Positions 38,682 through 48,924 of a stretch of 64,000 nucleotides of DNA are shown one piece after another. The position numbers were made by a program, and so were the translations under genes. The stretch covers positions 28,325 through 92,324 of the forward strand of contig UQGD01000003.1 in the NCBI GenBank assembly GCA_900540455.1, in the 5' to 3' direction. The notes under the pieces were generated by a model that made no database searches, was not told the DNA's origin, and saw nothing but the letters and a program-made list of their open reading frames with translations. The DNA comes from an uncultured Faecalibacterium sp. GTDB lineage: Bacteria > Bacillota > Clostridia > Oscillospirales > Ruminococcaceae. Numbering within the stretch: position 1 is the first letter of the stretch; every line of letters starts with the position of its first letter.

Positions 38682-39428
38682 ATGCCTACCGAAAAGCAGA
38701 TCCATGAAGGTCACCGCCGCCGGATGTACGCCCGGGTAGAACGGGATGGATTTGACAGCTTGGCTCCCCATGAGGCACTGGAATATCTTCTTTACTTTAC
38801 AAATGCCCGGCGGGATACCAACGCCCTGGCACACGCTCTGCTGGACCGCTTTGGCGACTTTGCATCGGTGCTGGAAGCATCGGAAGAGGACCTGATGCAG
38901 GTGGATGGAATCGGCCCGACCACAGCCCGGCTGCTCCATGGCCTGCTTCCGGTCAGTCGGTATTATGCTCGTACCTGTGCGGGAAAAAAGCGCAGCCTGA
39001 ATACCACCGAGTCGCTGGCAGAGTTTTTGCAGGCGCAGTTCCTGCATTTGCAGCAGGAGCGGGCCATGCTGATTTCGCTGAACCGCAGCCGCCAGGTACG
39101 GTCTGCGGTCTGGCTGCGGGAAGGTGGGCGGCAGGCGGTCTGGCTGGATATTCAAGAGATCGTGACCGCTGCCCTGAAAGGCGGCACCAGCGTGGTGGTG
39201 CTCTGTCATAATCATCCCAACGGCATGGTGCTGCCCTCTATGGAGGATATGCGGGCCACCGGGGAGGTGGTTCGGGCATTGGGGCTGGTGGGCATCCAGC
39301 TTACTGACCATATCATCGTCACCCAGGAGGAGTACTATTCGATGCGGGAGCAGGAGACGCTGCCGTTTTACGATGCGGCGGCGGGGATCATACGCTGGCC
39401 CCAAAAGCGCCCGGTGTGTCCAAAGTAA
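38682..39428 (+). CDS. radC: RadC-like JAB/MPN domain protein (UPF0758)
   Basis: An HhH motif, QVDGIGPTTARLL, is present. The JAB motif VLCHNHPNG...PSMEDM follows. Confidence 0.85.
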   Translation: MPTEKQIHEGHRRRMYARVERDGFDSLAPHEALEYLLYFTNARRDTNALAHALLDRFGDFASVLEASEEDLMQVDGIGPTTARLLHGLLPVSRYYARTCAGKKRSLNTTESLAEFLQAQFLHLQQERAMLISLNRSRQVRSAVWLREGGRQAVWLDIQEIVTAALKGGTSVVVLCHNHPNGMVLPSMEDMRATGEVVRALGLVGIQLTDHIIVTQEEYYSMREQETLPFYDAAAGIIRWPQKRPVCPK

Positions 39429-39453
39429 GGGGCCTTATAAAAGGAAGTGCGCT

Positions 39454-39822
39454 ATGGGACGGAAAGACTTTGAGCGCCTGCCCCGGCAGGAGCGCCAATT
39501 TCTGGCACTCTGCTTGGCATCGGTGGTGCTGTGCGGTGTGCTGGCTGTGTTCTTTGCCGTGTCAACGACGGAACCTGCGGTCTCTGGGTCTGTGACAGCG
39601 CCGCTGTACCAGGCGGCTGTGGTGGACCTGAACACAGCGGATGTGCAGGCGCTTTGTACGCTGCCCGGCGTGGGGGAAAAGCGGGCAAGGGCGATCGTTG
39701 ACTATCGTGTCCGTGCAGGCGGCTTTGGCCAGATGTCAGATCTGCTGGCTATTCCAGGCATCACACCTGCTGTGCTGGAACAGTGGGGGGAACAGGCAGT
39801 GTTGAGCGGGGCAGACGAATAG
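39454..39822 (+). CDS. comEA: ComEA-like helix-hairpin-helix DNA-binding protein
   Basis: A TM segment is followed by VDLNTADVQALCTLPGVGEKRARAIVDYR. Confidence 0.8.
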   Translation: MGRKDFERLPRQERQFLALCLASVVLCGVLAVFFAVSTTEPAVSGSVTAPLYQAAVVDLNTADVQALCTLPGVGEKRARAIVDYRVRAGGFGQMSDLLAIPGITPAVLEQWGEQAVLSGADE

Positions 39823-39954
39823 GACTACTACCACCTGAAGCATACCGCAGACGGAAAATATGTACCGGGAAAAACGGCTGCGCAAAGGCCGACAGGAGGG
39901 TATGTGAACCTTCCTTCCCGCCAAAGACTGAGAATGCAAAGGGGAGAATCCACA

Positions 39955-40461
39955 ATGGAAGCAAAAAAATATTACATCGCCTATGGCAGCAATCTGTCCC
40001 GGCAGCAGATGGCACAGCGCTGCCCGGGGGCAAAGATCGTGGGCGGCGCTGTGCTGAAAGGCTGGCAGCTGCTGTTTGGGTACTATGCCACAGTGGAACC
40101 AGCCGAGGGCAAAAGCACGCCGGTGCTGGTTTGGGAGATCACCTCTGCGCAGGAACAGCAGTTGGATGAATACGAGGATTATCCCAAACTGTACCGCAAG
40201 GCAGAGCTGGCAGTGGAATGTACCCCTCTGGATGAGGGCACACCGCAGCCGCTGACGGCTATGGTCTATCGGATGGAACCCCGTCCCCGTGAATTTCCGT
40301 GCTTTTCGTACTATCAGGGGTTAGAGGATGCCTATAAGGACCTGGGCCTTCCGCTTCACACGCTGGAACAAGCTCTGGCAGACAGCATGGGCAGGGCGGA
40401 AGCCTCTGCTTGGCTGGCAGAGTATCGGCTGAATTACCCGCATCCGGCGTGGACGGATTGA
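39955..40461 (+). CDS. Gamma-glutamyl cyclotransferase-like (AIG2/GGCT fold) protein
   Basis: The N-terminus YYIAYGSNLSRQQMAQRCPGA matches the YGSNL motif of the GGCT/AIG2 family. Confidence 0.7.
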   Translation: MEAKKYYIAYGSNLSRQQMAQRCPGAKIVGGAVLKGWQLLFGYYATVEPAEGKSTPVLVWEITSAQEQQLDEYEDYPKLYRKAELAVECTPLDEGTPQPLTAMVYRMEPRPREFPCFSYYQGLEDAYKDLGLPLHTLEQALADSMGRAEASAWLAEYRLNYPHPAWTD

Positions 40462-40473
40462 TCCTGTGACCTG

Positions 40474-40523
40474 AAAACACCCCCTGCAGTTCGTTCTTTT
40501 GGAACGCTGCAGGGGGTGTTTTG
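40474..40523. terminator. Bidirectional rho-independent terminator
   Basis: The 12-bp stem acaccccctgcag/ctgcagggggtgt is flanked by an A-run and a T-run. Confidence 0.7.
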
Positions 40524-40534
40524 CGTATAGAGCG

Positions 40535-40984
40535 TCACAACGCTTTTTTTAGGTAGATCATATCCACAAGCTGGACGCCGGCCTCCCAGATAGGGTGGTC
40601 ATAGTTTTGGGTGAAAAATCCTGGCACCCGATGACTGCGGACAAAGCCACATTTTTCATAAAAGGGAAGGGTGAGGGGGCTTTCTCCTGTTCCTACCAGC
40701 AGTACAGTGTAGCGGCCGTGGTAGGTTTGGGCAATAAAGTCCAGCATGGATCTTCCGTAGCCCTGGCGCTGGCAGTCCGGTGCTGTGGCCAGGTTTTTGA
40801 CCTCCAGCACACCTTCGCCCTCGTCGGTCAGAATACAGACACACTTTGCTGCGCCCTTTTCCTCCAATAGGTACATCGTGCCCCGCTCCAGATAGCGGTC
40901 GATCATATCCTCCTGCTCATCGGCCAGAAGCAGCAGGGGAAGGTATTGCTTTTTGTTCTGTGTGATCGCACGGATATTCGGCAT
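40535..40984 (-). CDS. GNAT-family N-acetyltransferase
   Basis: The acetyl-CoA-binding motif QRQGYGRSML is present. An AAAGGAG RBS precedes the start. Confidence 0.8.
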   Translation of the reverse strand: MPNIRAITQNKKQYLPLLLLADEQEDMIDRYLERGTMYLLEEKGAAKCVCILTDEGEGVLEVKNLATAPDCQRQGYGRSMLDFIAQTYHGRYTVLLVGTGESPLTLPFYEKCGFVRSHRVPGFFTQNYDHPIWEAGVQLVDMIYLKKAL

Positions 40985-41134
40985 AGGTGGCTCCTTTGGA
41001 CAGTAGCAGGGTGCAGAGGTCTGCTTGGTGAGATCATACCATAAGAGATGCAAAAGTTCATCCAAAACAAAATACCCGGCCGATGGGATGGATCGGCCGG
41101 GCATACAGAGCTGTATCCGTTGGTGTTGGGCAGC

Positions 41135-42670
41135 TTATTCCCACTCCACCGTGGCAGGGGGTTTGCTGGTGATATCATAAACGATGCGGTTGATACCCTT
41201 TACCTCGTTGACGATGCGCACCGAGATGCGGTCCAGCACTTCGTAAGGGATGCGGGCCCAATCGGCGGTCATAAAGTCATCGGTGGTCACAGCGCGCAGG
41301 GCCAGGGTATAGTCGTAGGTACGTCCATCGCCCATCACGCCCACACTGCGTGCGTTGGTCAGCACAGCAAAGTATTGGCTCGGACATTGATCCTGCCCAG
41401 CCTTGGCAAGTTCGTCCCGGAAGATGAAATCTGCCAGCCGCAGGGTGTCTGCCTTCTCCTTGGTCACATCTCCCAGGATGCGGATGGCAAGGCCCGGCCC
41501 GGGGAAGGGCTGGCGGCTGACCAGATATTCCGGCAGGCCCAGCTCCCGGCCCAGCTGACGCACTTCGTCCTTGAACAGCAGGTTCAGCGGCTCCAGGATC
41601 TCCTTAAAGTCTACGTAGTCCGGCAGGCCGCCTACGTTGTGGTGGCTCTTGATCACCGCTGCATCCCCCAGACCGGACTCGATCACATCCGGGTAGATGG
41701 TGCCCTGAGCCAGGTAATCCACTGCGCCGATCTTCTTGGCTTGCTCCTCAAAGACCCGGATGAATTCCTCGCCAATGATCTTGCGCTTGCGCTCCGGGTC
41801 AGCAATGCCGGACAGCTTGTCCAAAAAGCGCTGCTCTGCGTTTACCCGCACAAAGTTCATGGTCCAGCGGGCAAAGGCATTTTCGACCTCGTCCCCCTCA
41901 TGCAGGCGCATCAGGCCGTGGTCCACAAATACACAGGTCAGTTGGCTGCCGATGGCTTCCGCCAGCAGTGCGGCACAGACCGAGCTGTCCACGCCGCCAC
42001 TGAGGGCCAGCAGGACTTTGCCGCTGCCCACTTTCTGGCGGATCTGCTGGATGGCGGTCTGCTTATAGTCCGCCATGGTCCAGCTGCCGGAGGCACCGCA
42101 GACCTCGTACAGGAAGTTGCGGATCATCTGTGTGCCCATCTCCGTGTGGTGGACCTCCGGATGGAACTGCACTCCGTAGAACCGGCGTGCTTCATCCGCA
42201 ATGGCCACATTGGGGCAGGCATCCGAGTGAGCGGTCAGCCGGAACCCGGCGGGGACCTGGGCCATGTAGTCGCCATGGCTCATCCAGGAGATGCCCTCTG
42301 CGGGCAGGCCGCGGAACAGGGGAGAGCTGACGTCGTAATAGGTCTTGGTCTTGCCGTATTCCCGTGCAGAGTCTGCCTGGGCAGGGGTCACCCGGCCGCC
42401 CAGATGGTGCGCCAGCAGCTGGCAGCCATAGCAGATGCCCAGCACCGGGACCCCCAGGGTGAACACTGCGGGGTCTACCTGGGGAGAGTCGGGTTCGTAT
42501 ACGCTGCCCGGCCCGCCGGTGAAAATGATGCCGATAGGGGCAAATTGGCGGATCTGCTCCGCTGTCATGGTGTGGGGGTGGACCTCACAGTACACACTGC
42601 ATTCCCGGACCCGCCGGGCGATCAACTGGTTGTACTGTCCGCCAAAATCCAGGATCAATATTTTTTCCAT
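41135..42670 (-). CDS. guaA: GMP synthase (glutamine-hydrolysing)
   Basis: The product begins [23 protein letters not shown] and has a full-length GATase plus ATP-pyrophosphatase architecture. Confidence 0.97.
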   Translation of the reverse strand: MEKILILDFGGQYNQLIARRVRECSVYCEVHPHTMTAEQIRQFAPIGIIFTGGPGSVYEPDSPQVDPAVFTLGVPVLGICYGCQLLAHHLGGRVTPAQADSAREYGKTKTYYDVSSPLFRGLPAEGISWMSHGDYMAQVPAGFRLTAHSDACPNVAIADEARRFYGVQFHPEVHHTEMGTQMIRNFLYEVCGASGSWTMADYKQTAIQQIRQKVGSGKVLLALSGGVDSSVCAALLAEAIGSQLTCVFVDHGLMRLHEGDEVENAFARWTMNFVRVNAEQRFLDKLSGIADPERKRKIIGEEFIRVFEEQAKKIGAVDYLAQGTIYPDVIESGLGDAAVIKSHHNVGGLPDYVDFKEILEPLNLLFKDEVRQLGRELGLPEYLVSRQPFPGPGLAIRILGDVTKEKADTLRLADFIFRDELAKAGQDQCPSQYFAVLTNARSVGVMGDGRTYDYTLALRAVTTDDFMTADWARIPYEVLDRISVRIVNEVKGINRIVYDITSKPPATVEWE

Positions 42671-42740
42671 AGGCTGTTTCTCCTTGCATGGGTACGGCTT
42701 TCATGCGGGACCCAGTAAGTCCCGCAAAGTGGATTAAATT

Positions 42741-42769
42741 ACTATACACCGACAGGGCGGGGATGTCAA
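42741..42769 (-). promoter_or_regulatory. Near-consensus sigma-70 promoter (TTGACA-17-TATAGT) for guaA
   Basis: The reverse complement of 42741-42769 gives the hexamers. A roughly 60-nt leader follows, containing the hairpin GCGGGAC-7-GTCCCGC. Confidence 0.65.
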
Positions 42770-42814
42770 TCGTCAATTTTACATAAAATGGTTATTTTTA
42801 CGGAAGTAGTTTTG

Positions 42815-42858
42815 CAAAAAATGCCGGGCTGCCTGTGCAGTGCGCAGACAGCCCGGCA
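42815..42858 (-). terminator. Rho-independent terminator after the LRR lipoprotein gene
   Basis: The stem ccgggctg/cagcccgg is followed on the minus strand by a TTTTTTG run. Confidence 0.6.
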
Positions 42859-42909
42859 GGTGCCGTGGCAGAGAAGCTTTATTTATGGATGTTACCGTGA
42901 CACTGCTGC

Positions 42910-44028
42910 TCAGGGCGCTGCATCCAGATAGATCTCCATCCGGCTTCCGTCCAGCTGTTTGGATTGACGGTTGGGCAGGCAGAAGTTAAAACTACAGTAT
43001 CTCAGCTTGGGGGTATCGTCCAGCAGCATCTGGTACACCGACAGCTCCAGCCCAGAGTGGTTGCTCATGTCCAGGAACAGCAGTTCCGGCATTTGGGAGA
43101 TAGGGGTGTAATCCAGCTCGGTATACTGACCCCGCCCGGCAACATCCCGCCCCAGATCCAGATATTGGATGGCGGTCCGGGCCAGAGGCTCATAGCTGGG
43201 CACCGCCGGGGTGCCATCCAGACGCAAGGCATTCAGCTGCGGCATCTGGGTCAACAGTTCCAGAGAGAGGATCTCCGAGGCCCGCAGCTGCAGCTGGGTG
43301 ATGCCGCTGCCCGCCAGGCCGGACAGGTCCACCCGGGGCGCATCCAGCCAGAGATAGCGCAGGCTCTCCATCTGGGTCAGCGGGGTCAGGTCTGGCACGG
43401 TATCGCCCATTACCTGGAGTTTCAGGCTGGTGACCTGGTCCATCCCGGCCAGGGGAGAGAGGTCGGCGGTGTCCTGTACCGCCAGCTCCAGGGAACGCAG
43501 GTCCTCACAGCCGCTCAGGTCCGGCAGCTGGGTCAAATAGGGTCCGCTGACGGGGACGGTATAGCGCAGCACGCACAGGCTGTCAAAGTGGCGCAGATCC
43601 TCCAGAGATTCCAATTTGGGGGCATCGGCGGGGATTTCGCCCTCGATACGGCAGGTCTCGTCCAGCTTGCTGGTGGGCTTGGCCAACTCGGTGTCCTGGG
43701 GCAGACCCTGGTAGGCGGTGATATGGGTGCCGCCGGAGAGGGTGAGGGACTGGATGTCCCATACATCGCTGTGGCGGATCGCCCCGGTGGGCCGGTCCAG
43801 CAGGCTCCGCACCCGGGCTTCCATCTGGGGGTCGGCCCACTGGATCTCATAGTCCTCCCCGTGAGGGGCTTGCTGGGCAAATACGTCGGGAGGAGAAAAA
43901 GCCTCCTGCGCTATTTTTGAAAATGTGGAAATATAGGTGTTGGGAGGTGCAGGCTCTGCTGGGGTACAACCACTGAGCATTAAAAGCAAGGCAAGTACAA
44001 TGCTTGCTGCCTGTTTTCTATGAAACAT
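42910..44028 (-). CDS. Leucine-rich-repeat surface lipoprotein
   Basis: A signal peptide carries the lipobox LLLMLSGC. Tandem LRR-like segments follow, LxxLxLxxxxxLxxL, for example DLSGCEDLRSLELAVQDTADLSPLAGMDQVTSLKLQV. Confidence 0.7.
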   Translation of the reverse strand: MFHRKQAASIVLALLLMLSGCTPAEPAPPNTYISTFSKIAQEAFSPPDVFAQQAPHGEDYEIQWADPQMEARVRSLLDRPTGAIRHSDVWDIQSLTLSGGTHITAYQGLPQDTELAKPTSKLDETCRIEGEIPADAPKLESLEDLRHFDSLCVLRYTVPVSGPYLTQLPDLSGCEDLRSLELAVQDTADLSPLAGMDQVTSLKLQVMGDTVPDLTPLTQMESLRYLWLDAPRVDLSGLAGSGITQLQLRASEILSLELLTQMPQLNALRLDGTPAVPSYEPLARTAIQYLDLGRDVAGRGQYTELDYTPISQMPELLFLDMSNHSGLELSVYQMLLDDTPKLRYCSFNFCLPNRQSKQLDGSRMEIYLDAAP

Positions 44029-44071
44029 TGCAGGATAAACCTTTCTTATCAATGGCGAATATAGCTGATAT

Positions 44072-44428
44072 TTAGTTTGCTATATCAAAACTATTTTCGC
44101 TCTTAGAGGAGCTGTCTTTGTTGCGGGTTGTAATATTGGGAATTTCCAACAGTACGACACTCCAAGTCTGCTTACATCCACTACAATAAAGAGTGGCCCA
44201 ATGGTAAGTGTAGTAGTATGTATACTCTATCCATGTTTTTTTGACTTCAGCCTGTACGCAGTTGTCAGTAGAACAACGAGGACAACACAAGGCAAGAGCA
44301 CCATAAGGAGAGTGGAGAGAAAGCGTATTGTTGGGAGAGGGGGTAATAGCAAATGCACCGACAGCTAAGTAACTTACCAGTAAAACAAGGGAAAGGACAC
44401 TGATAGCGAGCTTGTTGTTTGATCTCAT
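44072..44428 (-). CDS. Small secreted cysteine-rich protein encoded in an AT-rich islet; function unknown
   Basis: A signal peptide MRSNNKLAISVLSLVLLVSYLAVGAFA is followed by six Cys in the mature part. A GGAGG RBS is present. The promoter is of the form TTGATT-17-TATACT. Local GC is about 42%, against about 62% in the flanks. Confidence 0.5.
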   Translation of the reverse strand: MRSNNKLAISVLSLVLLVSYLAVGAFAITPSPNNTLSLHSPYGALALCCPRCSTDNCVQAEVKKTWIEYTYYYTYHWATLYCSGCKQTWSVVLLEIPNITTRNKDSSSKSENSFDIAN

Positions 44429-44590
44429 GCCAAAACCTCCAATCTGTAAAAGGGTGATTCGTTAATACAAGTATAAAATTGTATCCCTAAAAAATCAATA
44501 TCTAGAAGAAAAATCCTGAGGGAGAAAAAAATCCCTAAAAATTGTGCATATCTGCGATTCTTGTAAGGATTCTCTTTTGCTTTGCACGCC

Positions 44591-44977
44591 CTACTTTTCC
44601 TGGGCAAAGGCATAGGCTTCGGCCACCCAGCCCATCAGCTCCGGGTCGAGATCATCCGGGGTGGACAGCAGGATGTGATGGGTCCAGCGGCCGGGGTAGG
44701 GTTCTGTTTTGATCTCTGCCCGGGGCGAGGCCAGCGGTGCGGGCAGCCCCAGGGTCAGTACCAGGTAGGGATCGGGCAGAAGCGCTTTTTTTCGCACCCG
44801 GGCCAAGGAAAGGCAGGCGAAAACGTGCCGGTTGGAAAATGTGATCTGGGTCTTCTGCACACGGGTATGGGTCTCGGGGTGCTGAGCCTGCAATTTTTGC
44901 AGAAAAGCTTCGCAGAGGGGCAGCGCTTGAGGCTGCTGGCTGAAAAAGGCCAGCAGGTCTTGTTGCGTGTGATCCAT
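44591..44977 (-). CDS. Hypothetical protein of a DUF-type family
   Basis: The 128-aa ORF has normal GC and an AAGGAGGG RBS. It matches no named family with certainty. Confidence 0.5.
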   Translation of the reverse strand: MDHTQQDLLAFFSQQPQALPLCEAFLQKLQAQHPETHTRVQKTQITFSNRHVFACLSLARVRKKALLPDPYLVLTLGLPAPLASPRAEIKTEPYPGRWTHHILLSTPDDLDPELMGWVAEAYAFAQEK

Positions 44978-45028
44978 AAAACCCTCCTTATAAACAAAAA
45001 GCAGCCCCTGACGGGGCCGCTTTGCGGG

Positions 45029-45874
45029 TCAAACCATCTTAACAGCCATGGCCTCGCTGGTGCGGTCTTTGGCGGCGTTGGTGTGCTCTGGGTCGTCCAG
45101 CATATACCGCAGCAGCAGCACCTCTGCAACATACAGCACTGCAACCTTGATGGGCAGACTGCCGGAATCCAGCGGGTTTTCCTGTGCGCCGCACAGCAGG
45201 ACCACATCGGCCAGCTCGGCGCCGGGGGAGTCCTCGTAATGCGTGATCAGGATCACCTGCGCCCCGGCGGCTTTGGCGGTGCGCAGGGTCTCCATCATAT
45301 CCCGGGTGGCGCCGGAGTAGGACAAAAACAGCACTACGTCCCCCGGCCCCATCAGGCTGGCAGTCATCAGCTGCAAGTGGCTGTCGCCAGCCGTGCGGAA
45401 CTTTGTGTTCAGTCCTGCAAACCGTGCGCAGATATCATTGGCCAGCAGCATGCTGCCGCCCTGTCCCAGGCAAAATACCTGCTGAGCCTTTTGCAGCAGA
45501 GCCGATGCCTTGTCCACAGCCTCCGGGGAGAGGGTGTTCTGTGTCCCGCTGATGGCTGTTAGAAACAGGGCGTTTGCGTGCTCACACAAGGTGGCGGTGC
45601 TGGCTCCCGGCTCTGGTTCCTGCTGGCTGACCATAGAGCCGGTGGCGTTGGCTTGTGCCAGCGCAATGCGCATCTCATGGTATCCCTCAAACCCCAGCGC
45701 CCGGCAAAACCGAAACACGGTCGCTTCTGCTACCCGGCACTCCCGCGCCAGGGAAGAGATGGACAGATACTGTGCCTCGTCCGCATGCTGCATCAGATAG
45801 TTGGCCACCATCCGCCCGGACTTGGTCAGACTGTCCTGCCGCTGCTGCAGCAGCTCCCAAAAATTGATCGCCAT
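45029..45874 (-). CDS. RpiR/MurR-family transcriptional regulator (HTH plus SIS domain); likely regulator of the adjacent sialic-acid locus
   Basis: An HTH region, SISSLARECRVAEATVFRFCRALGFEGYHEMR, is followed by a SIS domain. The gene is divergent from the sugar ABC operon. Confidence 0.8.
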   Translation of the reverse strand: MAINFWELLQQRQDSLTKSGRMVANYLMQHADEAQYLSISSLARECRVAEATVFRFCRALGFEGYHEMRIALAQANATGSMVSQQEPEPGASTATLCEHANALFLTAISGTQNTLSPEAVDKASALLQKAQQVFCLGQGGSMLLANDICARFAGLNTKFRTAGDSHLQLMTASLMGPGDVVLFLSYSGATRDMMETLRTAKAAGAQVILITHYEDSPGAELADVVLLCGAQENPLDSGSLPIKVAVLYVAEVLLLRYMLDDPEHTNAAKDRTSEAMAVKMV

Positions 45875-46445
45875 ATCCTTCTCCTTTATCAATGTGCCCG
45901 GTGCCCTATGCAGGGAGCAGTGCGTTCAGCATAGGGCTGTTTTTACCATACCTTCTGTACCGGCAGCGCGGCCGGCTCTTATCATGGCATCTGTCAGCAG
46001 GGGCGGGCTGCGGGCACAAAACGGCACGGCCCAATTCATTGCAGATGCATACCCTGCAAAAAGTATAAAAGAAACGCTCAGCCTTGGCAAGAGGCGCATT
46101 GCCCACATTTGCAGCGGTTTTTCTGTGCAGAGAGTATACTTTTTGCGGAAAAGTATGTCTCTTTTTAGAAAAAGATTTTCAATTTGATAAAAAACTTACG
46201 AAAATAATTTTTGAGTTTATCCAGGGGGCAAGGCGCTGAATGGGGGGATGACCAGAAGATTGCGGGATTTTTAACAGTATTTTAGGAAGTATCCCATAAA
46301 ACTGTGCGTTTGCACTGAAAAGCTATTGAAAAATTGTGAATGCCGTGCATAGACAAAATGAAAAAGTTTTTCTATAATAAAGGCACAAAATGCGGCCGCG
46401 GCACGAACGGCCGCTCTCATGACTATATATAAGGAGGAGTTTCCT

Positions 46446-47801
46446 ATGAAAAATCTGATCTCCCGCCGTTCCTTCCTGGCTGCCGCCGGTATCCTGGGCG
46501 CGGCTGGTGCGCTGGCTGCCTGCGGTGGTTCTTCCAGCAGCTCGGCTGCTCCTTCCAGCAGTGCAGCTGCTTCTTCCGGCAGTGCAGCTGCTTCCTCCAC
46601 CAGCATCAAGCTGTGGACATACCCCATCGGCGGCTGGGGCAAGGATGAGACGGTGCAGCAGATCGTTTCCAACTTCAATGCCAAGTACCCGGACATCAAG
46701 GTCACTGTGGAGTATCTGGATTACACCAACGGTGACGACCAGGTCAACACCGCTATCGAGGGCGGCAGCGCACCGGACCTGATCATGGAAGGCCCCGAGC
46801 GCCTGGTGGCCAACTGGGGCGCTAAGGGCGTGATGCTGCCTCTGAACGACCTGTGGACCGATGAGGCCAAGAAGGACATCTACGAGTCTGTGGCTGTGGC
46901 CTGCAAGGACGATGCCGGCAACTACTTTGAGTACCCCCTGTGCATGACTGCACACTGCATGGCCGTCAACATGACCAAGGTCCGTGAGGTGGGCGCTGAG
47001 AAGTACGTCAACACCGATACCCACACCTGGTCCACTGAGGACTTCCTGGCAACGGTGGATGCACTGTACAAGGGTGGCTACGAGAACGTGGCAGCTGTGT
47101 ACTGCGGCGGCCAGGGCGGTGACCAGGGCACCCGCGCCATCATCAACAATATGTATGGCGGCACCTTCACCGATGCAGATCACACTAAGTACACCGCTGA
47201 TTCTGCCGAGAACGTCAAGGCCATCCAGACTCTGTACGACACCGAGGGCATCAACTTCGACGCTTCCATCGTGGGCGGCGACGAGATCACCCTGTTCCGC
47301 AACGGCACCCTGCAGATGGCTTTCTGCTGGAACATCGCACAGCAGCTGAACACCGATAACAACGAGGCTGGTCTGACCAACAACGGCGACGAGATCATGC
47401 CCATGGCATTCCCCACCGACAGCGGCGATCCCAAGCTGTGCGGCGGCATCTGGGGCTTCGGCATCTTTGATAACGGCGACGAGGCAAAGGCAGAGGCTGC
47501 CAAGACCTTCATCGACTTCATCGCAGCCGACCCCGCACAGGTAGGGGAGAGCGTTCTGGCTTCCACCTACTTCCCGGTTCGTTCCAGCGTGGGCGATCTG
47601 TACGCCGACAACGAGATCATGAGCGAGTACAGCAAGTTCATGGCATACCTGGGCGATTACTATCAGATCACTCCGGGCTGGGCTACTGCTCGCACCGAGT
47701 GGTGGAATATGCTGCAGCGTGTGGGCACCGGTGAGCCGGTGGAGACCGCTGTCAAGACCTTTGTGGACAACTCCAACGCAGCTGCGGCAGCTGAGGCTTA
47801 A
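46446..47801 (+). CDS. ABC transporter substrate-binding lipoprotein (family 1, CUT1 sugar type)
   Basis: A lipobox LAACGGSSSS is present. A TAAGGAGGAG RBS precedes the start. Family 1 substrate-binding-protein homology runs throughout. Confidence 0.85.
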   Translation: MKNLISRRSFLAAAGILGAAGALAACGGSSSSSAAPSSSAAASSGSAAASSTSIKLWTYPIGGWGKDETVQQIVSNFNAKYPDIKVTVEYLDYTNGDDQVNTAIEGGSAPDLIMEGPERLVANWGAKGVMLPLNDLWTDEAKKDIYESVAVACKDDAGNYFEYPLCMTAHCMAVNMTKVREVGAEKYVNTDTHTWSTEDFLATVDALYKGGYENVAAVYCGGQGGDQGTRAIINNMYGGTFTDADHTKYTADSAENVKAIQTLYDTEGINFDASIVGGDEITLFRNGTLQMAFCWNIAQQLNTDNNEAGLTNNGDEIMPMAFPTDSGDPKLCGGIWGFGIFDNGDEAKAEAAKTFIDFIAADPAQVGESVLASTYFPVRSSVGDLYADNEIMSEYSKFMAYLGDYYQITPGWATARTEWWNMLQRVGTGEPVETAVKTFVDNSNAAAAAEA

Positions 47802-47982
47802 AAGATCCGCAAGGTGTGTCCGGCATAGGGCAGGCGCTGGGGTGCCGATGCTTGCCATACCAGACATGTTTTATTGAATGAGCGCCCCTTCCTCGCAGAT
47901 TCCCAAACGAGGGAGGGGCTTTTTGCGGAAGGCAAGATGCCTTTGTGATCCTCTTTTGGCCGAACGTTGAAAGAAAGGTTTG

Positions 47983-48909
47983 GTGATCTTATTGGCTGCT
48001 AAGACTGTAGCCCTGGAGCAGCACAAGCGCAGCAGCGCACTGGTTTGGCGGGAGACCGTCGCCTCGTACCTGTTCTTGCTGCCCAGCCTGGTTTTCTTTG
48101 TGGGGTTTGTTATCTACCCCATGATCCTGTGTGTGGTAACAAGCTTTTTTGATTCCACGATGAACCGTGCCGACATCTTTGTGGGCCTGGCAAACTATAA
48201 AGAGCTGTTCTCCGACCCCATCTTCCTGGGGGCACTGCGCAACACCTTTGTTATTGTGGTGGTCTCGGTGCCGGTCACCTGCGTATTCTCCCTGTGGGTC
48301 AGCTCCGCCATCGTGGACCTGCCGGAGTGGGCTACCAGCCTGTTCCGCTGTGTGTTCTACCTGCCGGTGGTCACCGGTTCGGTAGCCGTCACAGTGGTGT
48401 GGAAGTGGATGTACAACAACTACTACGGCATCTTTAACTACCTGGGCAAAAATATGGGCCTGATCGATAAAAATATCAACTGGCTGGGCGATGAGCGGTT
48501 TGCTTTGGGCTGCATCATCCTCATCCTGATCACTACCTCGGTAGGTCAGCCCATCGTGCTGTATGTTTCGGCACTGGGCAACGTGGATCAGTCCATCGTA
48601 GAGGCTGCTGAGGTGGACGGCGCTACCTCTTTCCAGTGCTTCTGGAAGATCAAGTGGCCCGCCATCATGCCCACCACCCTGTATATCCTGGTCATCACCA
48701 CCATCAACTCCTTCCAGTGCTTTGCGCTGATCCAGCTGCTGACCAGCGGTGGCCCCAACCACAGCACCGATACCATTATGTACTACATCTATTATACGGC
48801 CTTCAAGATGTATCGCTATGGCTACGGCAATGCAATGGGTGTTGTGCTTGCGGTGATCATTGCGCTGCTGTCGGCCATCCAGTTCAAGCTGGGCAACCAA
48901 AATAATTAA
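47983..48909 (+). CDS. Sugar ABC transporter permease (MalF-like)
   Basis: Six TM helices and the EAA-type loop region are present. The start codon is ambiguous among TTG 47980, GTG 47983 and TTG 47992. Confidence 0.8.
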   Translation: MILLAAKTVALEQHKRSSALVWRETVASYLFLLPSLVFFVGFVIYPMILCVVTSFFDSTMNRADIFVGLANYKELFSDPIFLGALRNTFVIVVVSVPVTCVFSLWVSSAIVDLPEWATSLFRCVFYLPVVTGSVAVTVVWKWMYNNYYGIFNYLGKNMGLIDKNINWLGDERFALGCIILILITTSVGQPIVLYVSALGNVDQSIVEAAEVDGATSFQCFWKIKWPAIMPTTLYILVITTINSFQCFALIQLLTSGGPNHSTDTIMYYIYYTAFKMYRYGYGNAMGVVLAVIIALLSAIQFKLGNQNN

Positions 48910-48924
48910 AAGGAGGTGCTTTGG

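Noticed and set aside
47881-47925. A hairpin between the SBP and permease genes, considered as a full terminator.
   Set aside because: The stem is imperfect and the genes are clearly one functional ABC system. It is more likely a partial attenuator or stabiliser, as is common after SBP genes. It is not listed as a terminator feature.
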